Below, piece after piece: positions 1 through 14,085 of a DNA stretch of 64,000 bases. This stretch comes from Tricharina praecox. Lineage: Eukaryota. Position 1 is the first letter of the stretch. Every line of letters begins with the position of its first letter. The notes below the pieces were generated by a model that saw only the letters and a program-made list of their open reading frames with translations, was not told where the DNA came from and ran no database searches. Location: NCBI RefSeq assembly GCF_024521635.1, contig NW_026250408.1:806001-870000 (forward strand). Direction: 5' to 3'. The translations under genes and the position numbers were made by a program.

Positions 1-473
1 AGGATATTGCATCGATGTCTACCCAACAGACTATAATTGGCATCGTGACCAGCCATTCAAGGCAATGGAAGGCTCCTCCAGATGCACAGAGAACTGAATA
101 TGGTGGTTTTTGGATACACGTGGGAATCGAGTGATCCGTATAGTAAAAATGCACTTGCAGTTGACTATCCGGCGTTGGGTCTCCACTGGTGTGACTTCTA
201 CAATATATAAAAATTCGCCATCGAACTGAAACCATAAGAATAAAGCTTAAACGATGGAGATCCAGCATTTTAGACTTCAATTGTGGGATTGGCTGGGACA
301 GTCACTACTTTAAATTCAGCACGTAGACACATATGGAGGTTGGGATAAAGTTCCCTATAGCGTGATTGTCGGCCAAAGAGCTTAAGAAATGGTTTCGGAG
401 TCCATGCATATCGCCACCGCAAGTTTCTTGTCGCCAAACTTTTCCACACCTCCAGATACGTCCAGACTCCCAA

Positions 474-1160
474 TCATGCCACAGTAGTAGTAGTAGTAGT
501 GCAGATGCGCAGCCTGACAACTCTCGCACCATCCGGCCTGAGCTTCCTGTAGTACCCCTCGACTATGCCCTCGTCCACCGTAAACCCCCTCTTACGGTAC
601 CACTCGAGCGCGTCCTCGTTCTCCTGCCAGACATGAGCAAACACCTCGTCGACGCCCCACGCCTCGGCCGTTTGAAGCAGATCCTCGAGCAGCGCCAACG
701 CAACGCCTAGCCGTCTGAACGGCGAGAGCACGCATATCGTCATGAGGTATATCGTCCCGCCGCGCTTTGCGGCATCCTCCGGCGGGGTCTCGGGAGCATC
801 CCAGCGCGCGCGGATGCCCCCGACAATGCTTATGCCACTGTCCCAGAACGCGACGCGCGAGAGCGCCGCGTCCGTCGGGTTCGTGAGGATGTCTTTGTAG
901 AAGTTCTCGCGGTAGTTGACGGGGAGGAGCAGGCTGTTGAGGTGTTTCAGCGAGGCGAGGTTTTTGGGGTCCGATGCGACCTCGAGTCGGATATTGGGGG
1001 AGCTGGCCGGTTGGCGGGGTGGGTTGAGATGTAGCAGGATCTGGGAGGGTTGCTGTGGCGGTGGTGGCATGGTGGGGGGGTGGGTGCGATCGTCTGGTGA
1101 TGTTGATGGTGAGATTCGCGGGGGAGTGGGAGCTGGGTCATCCATGTCGCTTGGTTTCAT
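474..1160 (-). CDS. GNAT N-acetyltransferase, NAA50/Nat5-like
   Basis: Single 228-aa ORF with LNSLLLPVNY..FY, IYLMTICVLSPFRRLGVA (acetyl-CoA motif A), AHVWQENEDALEWYRKRGF and YYRKL, typical of NAA50-like proteins. Confidence 0.85.
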   Translation of the reverse strand: MKPSDMDDPAPTPPRISPSTSPDDRTHPPTMPPPPQQPSQILLHLNPPRQPASSPNIRLEVASDPKNLASLKHLNSLLLPVNYRENFYKDILTNPTDAALSRVAFWDSGISIVGGIRARWDAPETPPEDAAKRGGTIYLMTICVLSPFRRLGVALALLEDLLQTAEAWGVDEVFAHVWQENEDALEWYRKRGFTVDEGIVEGYYRKLRPDGARVVRLRICTTTTTTVA

Positions 1161-1951
1161 GGGCGCCTACCTTGCAGTTCCGTTGGCGGCTTAGGTGCTG
1201 GCTGCAGCGGTGGGATGAATCTGTGATGGTTGGCCGTCTTCGAGATCACAGTGGATCACTCGATATGAGATCAGCGTCTAAATGCCGCATTCCATACTGG
1301 TATCTGGAGTCTAAGTTGTAAGGTTGTAGTTGATTTCTCTCTCCCTATCCCTCTCATTTCATATACGGCAATCGCTCGAATGCAATGATCAATGATGATA
1401 AACTAAATAAAAACATCCGGCAATCGCCCGGATGTTACACAGCCCACCAACCACCCCCAGCGATGACGTATTGCCCGAACTCCACTCCACTCGCTCTCCA
1501 CTCCCCTAAGCAGTTACTCTGCATACGTGCATCTCGAGAGAAGCAGGGCCCACCATAAACAAAAAAACAGTCGTCATCACTACTGCCCTGCTTTGTCCAG
1601 AAGATTCAGTCCTTGTTCAGGCGAGGGAGCAGCATATCTTCTGCTGTACTTCTTGACTCTGCTCGTACACCAGACCTCTACTTCCTCTCCATACTTCTCC
1701 TGCACAATACATACCGCGATATCCCTCTCACGAGAAAAGTACCCTGCCGAAGCGAAAGATCTTCACTTCAGTTCTTTAGCACTCTATTTCAATCCCAGCG
1801 CCCATCCCTTAGCATTCCTATCCCCATCCCGGATTTGAAGCTGGCTGCCATCGCTCGATCAAAAAGCATTCAACGGAAGCTCTAGATAATCCTAGGTATC
1901 ACCTTATCCCAGCTAGACATACCAAATCCATCCACCCAGTCCTTCCCGCCC

Positions 1952-4683
1952 ATGGCCTCGCCGCAAGCTTACTCACCGCAAGAAACGGGAGCAAAGTTCA
2001 TAGAAGACTTTCGGAGCGAAATCGCATACCAGCCGTCAGCAACCATGGATCCCGAAGGTCCCATCACCGCGGGAGCGACTACTCCCCAACGCTCGGGAAC
2101 CCTCAAGAAGAAGGACTCCGTGAAGAAAAAGGGACGGTCCCGTTCGGGCTCCACCAAGAGCTTAGGACTTGGCGAGCCCGATTCGAGGAACTCGTTGTTT
2201 TATTCGCCCGTACCTACCCACAGTAATCCGACCGAGATTCTGGTGAATCGGTTTCAATGTGAGTTTTGTGTGCGGTGGGGGCTTTGAAGCGGATTGCTGA
2301 TTCTGTTCGCAGCGTGGAGAAAGGTTCTGAAAGACGTCATAACCTACTTCCGCGAAGTTCAGACTCAGCACGAAGCTCGTACACGCAGCATCGGCAAACT
2401 TACGAGCGCTCTCAACTCCGCGACCCGGCCCAGCGACTTCCTTGCCCAGGGAGGCATCTTCGAAACCAACACTGAGCTTGGTGATTTTCACAAGGAGGCC
2501 ATCATCAACTCTCAGAACGCAGCCAAGATCGAGACCGAGGTCATCAGTCATTTGAACGAACTCAGGAATGATCTAAACGCCAAGATCAAAGAGATCAAAG
2601 CCCTTTCCGGTGACTTCAAGAGTAATGTCGAAAAGGAGCAGGAGGCCTCCAAGAAGGAGGTCCTGAAGCTCAGTGAGGCGTTGGAGGCATTCCAATCCAA
2701 TCCTTCGGGAGCCAAGGATCCGTGAGTGACATTACGCACTTCTGTTGATGAATCTAGCAGGCTGATAATATCGACAGGTATATCGTCAAGTTGGGCGTCG
2801 AGAGGCAGTTGAAACATCACATTGCGGAAGAGAACTATCTCCACAGGGTATATCTTCTCCCATTACTCCTTCTTCGTACCCATATCTAATCATCGTAGGC
2901 CTATCTTAACCTCGAGTCGAGTGGTCGCGAGCTTGAGATGATCATTGTTGGCGAGATCCAGAAGGCATACGACACCTACGTCAAGATCGTCAGAAGGGAG
3001 GGCCAGGAGCTCATCGACCTGTCCGAGCGCCTCACGGCGACGACTCTTCGTCTTCCCCAGGACTACGAATGGTCTGCTTTCGTTGAACGGGACTCTCATA
3101 TGGTTAACCCGACCATTCCCTTGAGATCTGTGGACGAGATCGAGTACCCCGGCCACAGCCACCCTGCTGTCATTGAGGTCCGTACTGGGATGTTGGAGAG
3201 GAAGTCCAAGTACCTCACGTCGTTTACTCCGGCCTGGTACGTCCTGTCGCCGACTTACCTTCACGAATTTAAGTCACCTGACCATAATCGTGATCCGACG
3301 CCGGTCATGTCACTGTACCTCCCTGAGTCTTCGCTAGGAAAGCATTCGGACCCATCTGCCGTCTCCCACAAGTTTGTGCTCAAAGCTCGCCAATCCGGCG
3401 CACTTCATCGTGGACACAGCTGGGTGTTCCGTGCCGAGTCTCACGCCGTGATGCTGCAATGGTACGAGGCGATCAAGAAACTCATCGAGGTTTCCGGAGC
3501 GGAGAGGGATGCCTATGTGATGAGGACCACTTCGCAGCGCATCCACGCTGCCCCACACACAGCTGAGATTGCCCACGGCCAAGACCATACCCACAAGCAC
3601 ATGGCTGAGGAAAATCCCCAGGCCGAATCTTATAGTGACGACAACAGTCTTGACAACGATGAGGCCGATGAGATCCCGTATTCTGGGCAGCAGAGCGAGC
3701 TGGAATATCCCGTCCACGAAGAAATGATGCGTCCACCAAGACGACCTGAAGCCGGAAGGTTCCCGAGTGATATCAAGATCAATCGTGGTCTCGACGACAG
3801 GCAGAGCACCAGAAGCAGAGATTCCAGCACATCTGTCATCGCCGCTGCTAGTGCCTTGCCTAGTGCTATGCCTTATCACGGGCACGACGATACCAACAGC
3901 AGAGACTATGCGTACCAGCAGAACCCTTCCGCTCGTGATTCCGTCATTCGTGACTCTGCCACCCGTGATCACAATGACATCGAACGGACTTATGTTGTCG
4001 TCCCACCCATGACCCACATGCGTCCCGATAGTCCTTCATCTTGGTCTTCTGGTGAAAAGGTACAGTCTCTCAACTCCGACGCTCAAATTGACTGGCACGC
4101 TGACTCCTCTCAGTACCCTGTCGAAGAAACCCATCGCCAGAGCGGTTTTACCGCAGTCGCTACTCCAACCCAACAATCCCCCACCTCGGCCACTCACCAG
4201 TCCCCCAATATCCCCCGCGCAACCGGCTTTGGAATCGACCCGATCACAGGCGAGCACGAGTCTTCTCACTCGGCGTCCCCGTCCCGCCACATCGCTTTTC
4301 TCGGCGACAATGCTCCGGCCCCAGTCCCCGTCTCGGACGCCGACATCGATCCCCGCGAACCCATCCCGGCCAACGAGCTCGGCCCAGTCGCACTAGAGTC
4401 TGGCGCCGAGTCTTTAGATGCCGTGGCCAACTCTCATCCGTTCGGTGACGGTCTCCCGCCGTTGTCGTCAGTTGTCGTAGATCATAATGCCCCCGTTGGT
4501 GCACCGGTCAATACTTCTAGGGCTGGAAGGTCTCTGGTGCTTAATGACATGGCTACTCCTACTGGATATGAGGCAGATGAGGAGGAGAGGCCTGGTATCT
4601 ATAGGGATAACTCGAACCACACTGTGGGTCAGGGAACGATCAGTGATCTGCCAATGCCTGGAAAGTATCCCAAGAGGGAGTAG
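1952..4683 (+). CDS. Slm1/Slm2-like coiled-coil + PH-domain protein
   Basis: Exons 1952-2258, 2313-2721, 2778-2847, 2899-4683 joined by GT-AG introns keep the frame; PTEILVNRFQSWRK, PH domain GMLERKSKYLTSF..WYVLSPTYLHEFKS..HSWVFRAESHAVMLQWY; long disordered C-terminus. Confidence 0.85.
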
Positions 4684-5460
4684 TTAGGTCCAGATAAGTC
4701 GTGATGATACCCTATGATGGAGGTTTCATTTGTCACTATGTTTTTTCTTTCTTGATTTCTAGAAGCGGGCGTATTGGTATGCGATTGGGGTGGTTGATGT
4801 CTTTGTATCTGCGAATTGTACCGTTTGTTTGCTATATTTCACCTCGTTATGGACTGTCTTTGTATCGATGAAATGTTTCTAGTGTTCATGATCTGAATGC
4901 TTACAATCTTGAAGTTCCATACTCGGTCCCATACCAGTCTCCACACAGATGTGAAGTTGAACCATCGTCGTTCTCCCAGGTGATGCCCCACCGCTGCCTC
5001 TCCACGAAGCAAGCCCATCTGTTCCACATGACCCATGTGTCGCCCATCGTCAAACGTCCCTAGGCTTTGCACGTTTCATCTACGTCTCAACCGCCCTACT
5101 TCGCCAGTTTCTTCCACGGCTTCGAAGTTCGCACCAATCCCGCCTTGTCGTGATTATTCCGTAGATATTATACCCGTGTTTGGGTTTGCAGCCGTATCCA
5201 TCCATCCATTCAGGCCTCCCGGAGGTACGTACTCCAGCTCCGCGACGTGTCCCGGCTATACTATCGGTAGCCACAAGCCACGACGGTGACAGAGCATGAT
5301 CACCCACCAGTGACCACCACCACCGTCTATCCCAGTCCGCCCGCCGCATTCGAGTGTTCGAGTGCTCGAGTGTTCGAACTGCGCAACGACCATCCATACA
5401 AATATTCGCACGGCTACATACATAGGTGCGTAGGTACTCAGGTAGGTGAGTAAGCAGTCC

Positions 5461-5599
5461 ATGCTGAGCCTGCTATGTACATACATAAATACATGCATAC
5501 ATACCCGCTGAGCCTGCTATCCGCTGCGCCTGCTACCCGCTGAGTCTGCTATGCATACATACATTCATACCCGCTGAGCCTTCTACCCGCTGAGCCATC
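5461..5599. repeat. Degenerate 16-bp repeat (TACCCGCTGAGCCTGC), ~6 copies interspersed with TACA runs
   Basis: Copies start at ~5461 (partial), 5502, 5518, 5534, 5568, 5584. Confidence 0.8.
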
Positions 5600-6390
5600 T
5601 GTCATCCTCCGCCAGCAGTCTTGAGCTTGAGCTGGGGCTTGGGCTTGGGCTTGGGCTTAAGCTTGGACTTAAGCGTATTCCTACGTACCTGGCAGTAAAC
5701 AGTATACAGTACGCTGATATACCCGCACGCGTCGTCGTCGTGTCTACATATATAGTAATCACGTTCCCCATATATACCCACCCCTCAACACCCCAATTCA
5801 CCCGTCAAGCCCACGGAAACCTCACAGTAAAAGGAAGGCGCAAGTACGTAACCCCTCCCTCCCCTCCCCGCCCCCTTCCCGCCCCTCCCGAGTCCCCACC
5901 TCGATCGGAGTCACCGGGCCGGATCCCACCTCGCTGTCATTGCCACTGTCGCTATCGGTGTTCACTGCCCACCCACGCCCCCGCCCGAGCACAAAGCACA
6001 AAGCACAAAGCACACCCCGAGCACACGTTCACGCGACCTCACTCGCCCATTCAATTCTGTTCGCCGGTGTCAGGTAGTGTCAGGCAGTGTCAGATGGTGT
6101 CAGGTGGGGGGTTTTTGTAGCTTTGTTCATTCATCTATCTCGTCGCAGTTCCACGCCTTTCTCCCACTCTCAGCCTCCCTCCTACTCCCTACGTCCCTCC
6201 TGCTCCGTCCCTCCCTCCGTCCGTCACTCCTACTCACTCCGTCCCTCCCCGCCGCCTCTCCGTCCTGCTCCCACTGTCCCTTCCTCCGTCACTCACTCAC
6301 TCACTCCTCCCCGGCCGCCTCCCCTCCCCATCCCGACCGCCACAACGGACCAGCCCAAGCAAGCAAGCACGACGAAGTGCGTTTGGCAAG

Positions 6391-6423
<33 letters not shown>
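6391..6423. repeat. C33 homopolymer
   Basis: Direct count of the C run. Confidence 0.95.
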
Positions 6424-6425
<2 letters not shown>

Positions 6426-7564
6426 ACCCACCCAGCACAACAGAAGGAAAAATGGAATACAAAAATGATACAGTTAAACAGCAAGAGAGGAAAGAAAGAA
6501 AGAAGAAATTATCTCTAGCAGCAAGAAAGAAACGAAAGAAAACGCCTCCAGTAACAAAAAAAAAAAAAACAGTGACTCAAAAAAATGGGCTCGACAGTTG
6601 AGAGGCACCGGTTCAAGGATGGCCATGGCGAGGTAAAGAGAGTGATTGAGATCGAGAGAGACAGAGAGAGGTAAAGATTGAGTGAGCGTCTGTACAAGCT
6701 GCTTAACGACAGGTATAGAAGAAGGTAACAAAGAAAAAATAAAGAAGTAATTCGAATGAGTGAAACTGTGGACATGACCGACCAAAGTAAGTAGTTGGCC
6801 AATCCCCCCGCAAAAGATTAAGATAGAGCAAGCAATAGAGGTCTTTCTCCTTTCCCTTTTTCTCTCCCTCTCTCTCTCTCTCCCTCTCTTCTTTCCGCCT
6901 TTTTCTCATCATCACAACTCAAACAAAACCCCTCCTTCCTGCCCCCAGAGCACTGCACTAGCCGATGAAACAGATAAAGAAAGAAGAAAAAAGGGAAATA
7001 TGAAGTGGCCAACGAGAAGAAGCCCCAGGAAGATAACCTCTAAAGTAGTAATGTACGCTACAAACCTCTCCCCCCCGCTCCCCCCAAATACCAAACCCCC
7101 CCTCCCAAAGTACACAAGAGATATGGTAAAAAAAGAAAAAAAACCCACATGGTGACAAACACCGAAAAAAGCGTATGCCAAAGATGTGCAAGGAAAAATG
7201 ATCAAAACAAAGAAAATAGACAAAACAGTGGAAAATCGGGTATTGACGAAGAGAGAGAAAAGCAAATGGCAGACCATTCGATGCCGGTATCCATCCCATG
7301 GTTGCGTGCCCCCCCTTCTTCCCTCCCAGTCCCCCTCCACGCTTGACAGTTCGCAAATATCGCTCGAGCTCGTACACGTGATTCGACGTTGCAATGGTAT
7401 ACCCGCGAGGGATCGTGAACATGACAAAGGTGTTTGGTTTGGTATGGAAGAAAAGAAGGCAGAACCGCAAATGAAACCGAACCCCCGATATGAAAGAAAA
7501 GAAAAAGCATCCTAATCTGCAGAACGAAAATGACCCATTGCTGGCTTCTCAGCGTCGATTTGAT

Positions 7565-8579
7565 TTAACCATCAGGATTCGTCACCTAAACAGACTACAT
7601 CGTTAGTGAGTGTATCAAGAGCCGAGTTCGATCGGCGACCGAGGTGGAGAGGAGTTGATATATACCCTGAGGATCTTTCGCGAGTAGTCCTGGTTGTCTG
7701 CGATACTTCCAACGGAGTCTCTCCTCTGTACCATGACGGGATCGAGTCGATTGTCCAATGCGGGTTTCTGAACGAAGCCTCTGACCGCAGCAGACCTCCT
7801 GTACTCCTCCTCCACTTCCTGCCTCCTTCGTCGCCTGAGAAATATGAACACACCCACTCCGAGGGCAATGATTGCGAGGACTCCGACTACAGCGCCAGCT
7901 GCAACTGCGGCCTTGTTGGTTGACTTTTCCGGTGTGGATGTCTGTTGTTCCGAATCACCCGTGGTGGTCGGACTAGCACTAGTAGTGGTACTGGTTGTTG
8001 TTGGGTCTATAAATAAAAATCAGTATTGCGCTGCACTGGACATCGTACGGTTTTGCGAAGGACATGTTGGTACACACCGGATGAGGAGCTGGTCTTGGAC
8101 GTGCTCGCCACGGACGAAGACGGGGCCTCGTCCATATCGGGGTCATCCTCGAGACCGGTCGTATAGACCGAAAAGTATTCCCCTAGCCGACTACCACCTA
8201 TTTGACTCTGTCAGTCATCGCGATCCACGCCGCATCGGGCAACATTCCGAGAAGCCTTACAAGTCTCCGAATCGAATCCAGGACACGCCTGCTTGCACTT
8301 GGAGTCATCGACCTTTAGTGAGTCGTTGGGCAATGTGTTTCCACAGTAGCATAGTGTGCGCTTTGTCATGGCCATGACAGCATATCCATCTCCTCCAGCG
8401 GCCACCTCGGTCGTCACACAACGCTCATGGCAATCTCCACGCGAGTTGAACTCGAGATCCCCTTTCTCCACCAACTTTCCGGGAGAACTGTAGCAAGCGT
8501 AGTAGGTAGGGTCGGAAGCCATCGTAACGTGGGCACAGCCAGCCAGGGCGACCAGCACGATCGATTGTAACGCCTTCAT
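7565..8579 (-). CDS. wsc1: WSC-domain cell-wall stress sensor (Wsc1/WscA type)
   Basis: Exons 8579-8261, 8197-8078, 8006-7666, 7585-7565; signal peptide MKALQSIVLVALAG, 8-Cys WSC domain, S/T stalk, TM helix AAVAAGAVVGVLAIIALGVGVFIFL followed by RRRRR, C-terminal DNQDYSRKILRVTNPDG. Confidence 0.9.
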
Positions 8580-11500
8580 TATTATTGTAGTTGTGGGGGT
8601 CGAATCGGGTTTCGCAGGTGTTCGAAGTAGGACTGCGAGCGACGACGCGGGCGAGCGAGCGGGGGGGAGGGGGTGGACCTTCAGGTCGGTTGATTAGCGA
8701 TCCGTGAGCAGTCTGCGAATGTCGGGATCGGTTAGCATGCGATGCGCAGTGAGAACCGACGGAACTCGGTGTTGATGGTAGTCGATTGCTGTGAAGGAGG
8801 TATTTGTTGAGTGAAGTGTGTAGTGTGTAGTGTGTAGTGGTTGTGGTTGCAACGGACAAAACCAGGGGGCAGGGCAAAGGAGAGATGGGATCATCCCACC
8901 CTAGGATGAGGATGATGACGATCAGGGCATAGAAAATAGGGACTCAGGCAACATACCGAGCGCCTTTGTGGATTTCTTCACGACCAACTCTTTGTCAAAA
9001 AGGGTTTTTCGGGAAGTCCAAAGGAAGGGAGAGCTCCGGGGGAAAGAGGAGTGAAATGGGTGAAAGCGAGAGCAATAATGCTTCCTCCTTATTTTTTCTC
9101 TTTCTTTCTTTGCTCTGGGCAGACTATTTGGGGCCGGAAGGGACAGGAGGGTGATTTTTGGGGGTGTGGGGGGGGGGGGTGGGTTGGCGTGTAGGGTGTG
9201 TCGGTAGGTATCGACTTGTGAGGGGGTAGGAGTTTCGGTTTGGTGGGAGTTGGATTTGGGGGAGGGTGGGGGGTGGAGGTTTCGAAAGAAATGGAACGAA
9301 GAGAGAGATAGGTATCGGCTTCGACAGGAGCCGGTTCAGGGCAAGGGACGGGGATGAGGTGGGTATCAGGACTGGGGAGGGTTGTGGAGGTTGGTGAGGC
9401 GGGTAGATTTCTGGGCGGGCGAGAAGGAGAGGAAGAGGAAGGAGGAGGAAGGAGGTAGAAGTCGAAACCGAAACGGCGACAGACAGCAGTAGAAGAGGAA
9501 GAAGAAACAACAACTTGAATGCGACGATAATTAAAAGTAGGAAAAAGGCGAGTAATTACCAGGACGGGTAGCAGTCTTGACGGAGCAAATAGCAGGAAGC
9601 AGGCAATTATGCGCCCGCGATGCGAAAGGATGGAACGGAGGCGAGAGGACGCAAGTGTGGAACGAGTGTGACAGAAGGCGCTGGGTGGGCGAGGATCGCG
9701 GTGTTGAGAGCGCGAGCAGCGAGGTGGGTTGGGTTACGGAAGAGGTCAAGAGGTCAGAGGTCAAGAGAGCGTAGGTGAGCGAGTTGGCAAGTGAGCGTGG
9801 TGCGAGCGAGCGGGCGCGCGGAGATGTGATGTGATGGTGTTTAGAGAGCGTGGTGGAGGAGGTGAGTTGGGGGTTTGGCTGGCATGCGCGGCGGAATGTT
9901 GGAGGAGATGGGCGAGCGAGCGAGCAGCAGCGAGGCGACGGGATGCCTGCTTTGCCCCCCCCTCCCCCTTCAAGGACTTGGTCGACTAGTGCTTGGAACG
10001 GAACAGGTTCGTTTTCGCTGCGGCAAAGCCCTTCTCTATGACTACGGCAACTGCACCATACCCGTCGACGAATCTGATCTGTTTCTCGGTAACTGCTGCT
10101 ACTCTACCTGACTCGTCCTGTGTTTCCTGTTTCCAGGAGATTAACCACCGAATAGCTAACAAGTATGCATAGTCCTCGACTCCGCCCGTCCGCACCGACA
10201 TTTAAAGCCTCTCTGCTCTGCGCCAGTCGGTCGGAGGAGGTCAGCCAGTCGGTCATTCAGCGGCTTATGCTCTGTTCTCTGCTCTCGCGCTGCCCTTCGA
10301 CAGTTGCAGTTGCAGTTGAGTTCCAGTCGCAGCCTTAAGCTTAAAAGCCTGCCCAACTCCGCCTGGCCAAACATAAAACACCCCATGCGAGAGGTGTTTG
10401 TGCGAACGAGATAACAGCGGTGAACCTTGAGGGAGCTAGTTGTTTCCGGAAAGCCTGAAGCCAAAGCCCTACTACTCTACTCTAGTAGTAGTGGACCAGA
10501 TGTTTACGAAACCACCCCATCATCATTTGCACGTGCATAAAGGGGTACCCCCAGAAGAACTGAGAATTGAGGACATCATCACCGTGCATCATGTTTCACC
10601 GTTTTGTTTCCTTCCGCACAAATGTCGGTGGACACTCTTCCATCGGCTCTCCAAGGGGTTTCGGTCCGTGCACTGTCATCGCGGTCCCGTTTCGTAAAGT
10701 CAAACCTCCTAATCTTTCGGACATCGACATCGCCATCGACATCGAGTACCGTGTCGGAAGAGAACCATCGATCCTCCGGTCCTCCGCCCCCGTCCCCATA
10801 TCTCGCCAAATACCTACGGCTATAGAGCACTCTAGAGTCACTCGATCGTCGGCATTGAGAATTTGAAATACATACCCGTGGGCTGGGCCGGGCCACATGT
10901 CTCCTCGCGTTACGCGTAGGTGTGCTATTATTGGGACAGGAAATTTCAACATTCCTCATGTCACTCGAAAATGCTACACAAAACTGCAGTTGCCTATCAA
11001 TAGTCAATGTCAACTCCCGCTGTATGTGTTTCATCCTCGGTGTGTCGTCGGAGAGGGGACGGCCACTGGTATGATGATGTCCTTCTTCCGGTGAGAACGA
11101 GTTCGTCCAGCTTTGATTGTCGTCTGTCGATATCGCCGCAACTGCTCCAGCTCCGACTCCGACTCCCACAAGGTGCTGGCACCCCCTCCCCCCTCCCGAA
11201 CGACGCCAACCCGGTTCTTGAATTCGCCGTTCATAGCAACAGCTCCGTGACCGATCAGTTATCATACTATTACTGTACCTACCAAGATACCCCCCTCGCC
11301 GCCGCAAGGTCCTCCAGGATCGTCGGGCCCGACGATGTCTCGATCTTTGGATCGCTGTTGCTGCCGATGAATTTCATGCATATACATACCTATTCCTAAA
11401 CTTTCAATTAAGTTCAGTTCAGTTCGTCCCTCGCGCGCTCCAGTGCATACATACCTAGCCGTGACAATTCCAAAACAGAGCTTGATGATCGGTAGTCAGG

Positions 11501-14085
11501 ATTCGGCCACGATCTCGGAAGCTCCTAAGACGTGAAGTGCTTGGGCCACAATATGTAGTCAATCCCCCGGCCTTTCCCGAATCCCGAAGGATTCAATCGA
11601 TGCATGCTATGGATCCTGAGGGCACGGCAACGATCATCACGGCTTCATTCCCAGCTCCTGTAGACTCTTGGGAAGAAGATATATCTCCTCCACGTGACGA
11701 CCTAACGGTGTTCATACCGTAAAAACAACTTTAAACATAGCCACATACCCCACGATAGTTGCTCACCAGTTCTCCACTAGAGACAGAAATCCCGCAACGC
11801 CACCCGCTATCACTTTTTTGACGGGCTGCATTGGGGAGGAATTGTCCGCTGTCATAAATATATATGTAAAAACTGTCGACTCATGTGCTGATGGAGATGG
11901 AGATGTCCAATCCGAAGGGAACTTGGGAAGAATGGGAAGACGAACCCATCATCCTTCGGCGAGCGAGCAATGAGCATTCACAACTGTCAATGGAAATGGC
12001 CCTTTGCTTCCCTTCTCTCGCCTCACCTTGCTTCTCTCGCCTCACCTTCCCCCCACACACACACTCAGCCCGACGTACCGGTAACATATCTAACTAACCA
12101 CTCGACACGAACTCCACAGACACAGGCCAGGCTCCACTTCCCTTCCTCGCCTCTCCGGCAGGTCCCTGCCAAGGCCAAGGAAACAACGGTGACTGTCAGC
12201 TCGCTAGGCACTCTAGGTATTGCCGTACCGAACCCGTATCGACTCGGCTCCGGCTGGGTCTCGCTCCGGATGCCAACTCAAATGCTGAGAAATGCGCCAG
12301 TGCTGAGCCAAGCGGGCGGATATAAGACGGTCGGGCCGGACGGATGTTGCAGGTGACTATTGACTGTTGTTGAGATCGTTCACACTACCTATCGTAGTAG
12401 GTACCTACGATACCGGTAGTAATTGCCTCGTCTCGTCCGTAGATGTAAACTCCACCCTCACCCTCGCCCAGCCCAGATCTCTTGTCACTTCTCTTCACTC
12501 ATCACTCTTCACCTTTTTCCCGATCACATGCATCCCCCCTGGTCCCCCCAGTCCAGCTCGCACACTTACAGAAAAAAACAAACGAACGAATCGGGACGCC
12601 GCTGTCCCTGCCTGGACAGCCGCATATGCATGCCCGCCCACCCACACACCCACCTTCCACACCCACCCGCCTTCCACAGCGTTTCAACTGTCCGCGTCCG
12701 CGTCCTTGCTCCTCTCCTCTCCTCTCCTCTCCTCTCTCCCTTTCTCTTCCGGCTCGGCGCTGGCTGTGAGCTGCGAGATGTGTGCTGCGACTCTGCGAGC
12801 TGAGAGCAGCTTAGAGTAACTAACCCCTTCCGTTCATGGCCCCTGCTATTTTTGTCAGCATCCTATGTATCTACTCCTGACTCCCGAGTCCTACCACCTG
12901 CTACTGCCCACCGCCCACTGCCCGAGTATATACTCCTACAGTCTCTACTTTCCTAAATACTCCCATTCCGCGTCTTCCTCATCTTCCTCCCTCCCTACAC
13001 GCAAAAAGCAGAGCAATTAACAAATAACAAATAACAATTAATTCTCAAACGCCAAGGCCTCGCACCCCGGCACGTTTACCCTGCTATACCCTACTAGGGC
13101 AGGGGTTACGACGACTCCTGCAGTGAGTGACTAGTGTGCAGTGGGTGTGCAGTGAGTGGTGCAGTGAGTGTGCGCTTGGGTATGTAGGATCATATGTATC
13201 ATTTTTATGGTTTGTATGTAGGGAACTTCCAGAGCTAGGCGTTTATGTACCATATGGTATGTACTCGACGGCAGACGCTGCTTTGCGACAGAGAGAGAAA
13301 GAGAGAGGGAGGGAGAGAGAGAGGGTTGTGACTTCGTGTTCTGACTCGACTACGCGCGAAGGACCGCGAAGAACCGTGAAGGACCGCGAAGAGGAGGCCC
13401 CGACTTTATGATGCGTGATGGGTAATGAGTGATCGGTTGTGAAGATGACTGACCGGGAATCGAGATTGGAGATCCGTCAGCAACTCAGCTGAGGTTGGTC
13501 AATGGTCAACGGTGAGGTGAGTGTGCAGTGCACTGCCTTTTTGCCCGTGCCAAGTGATGCAGGTACACACATACATACACACATATACATACATCCCTTG
13601 AATCCTTGATGGAGTACCGTATGTAGTTCCGTGGCTAGATTCGTATTCCAGATGGAGTTATGTATGGAGACGTTCTGCAGCTGTTTGCGTCCCTTGCTCC
13701 ATCCTCATCCTCACATCGCCATTACATTATGTAGGTACATATTCTACATATTCTACATGTTGGAGTGGGTACCAGTGCATAAAAATCCACTCCAGCGCTT
13801 CAACTGGTGTTATCAATCCTCCATAGTTAGTGCTGAATATCGATATCGATATCCATTATCGATATGTAAGCTAGATGATAGATCGCGGGACTGACTGACT
13901 GACGTTGTTCGTCCGGAGGATTGGAGGTGCGGCGATACCTACCCACTCGGCTCTTGATCGAAAGCTGAAGACCCCTTGCCTCATCGCATATGCACATGTA
14001 CTCTATGCACGGCATGTATGTAGAGCAGGTATACGGCACCGCCACAAACGCACTCTATGCGGCGCGGCGCGGCGAGGTGCGGCGC

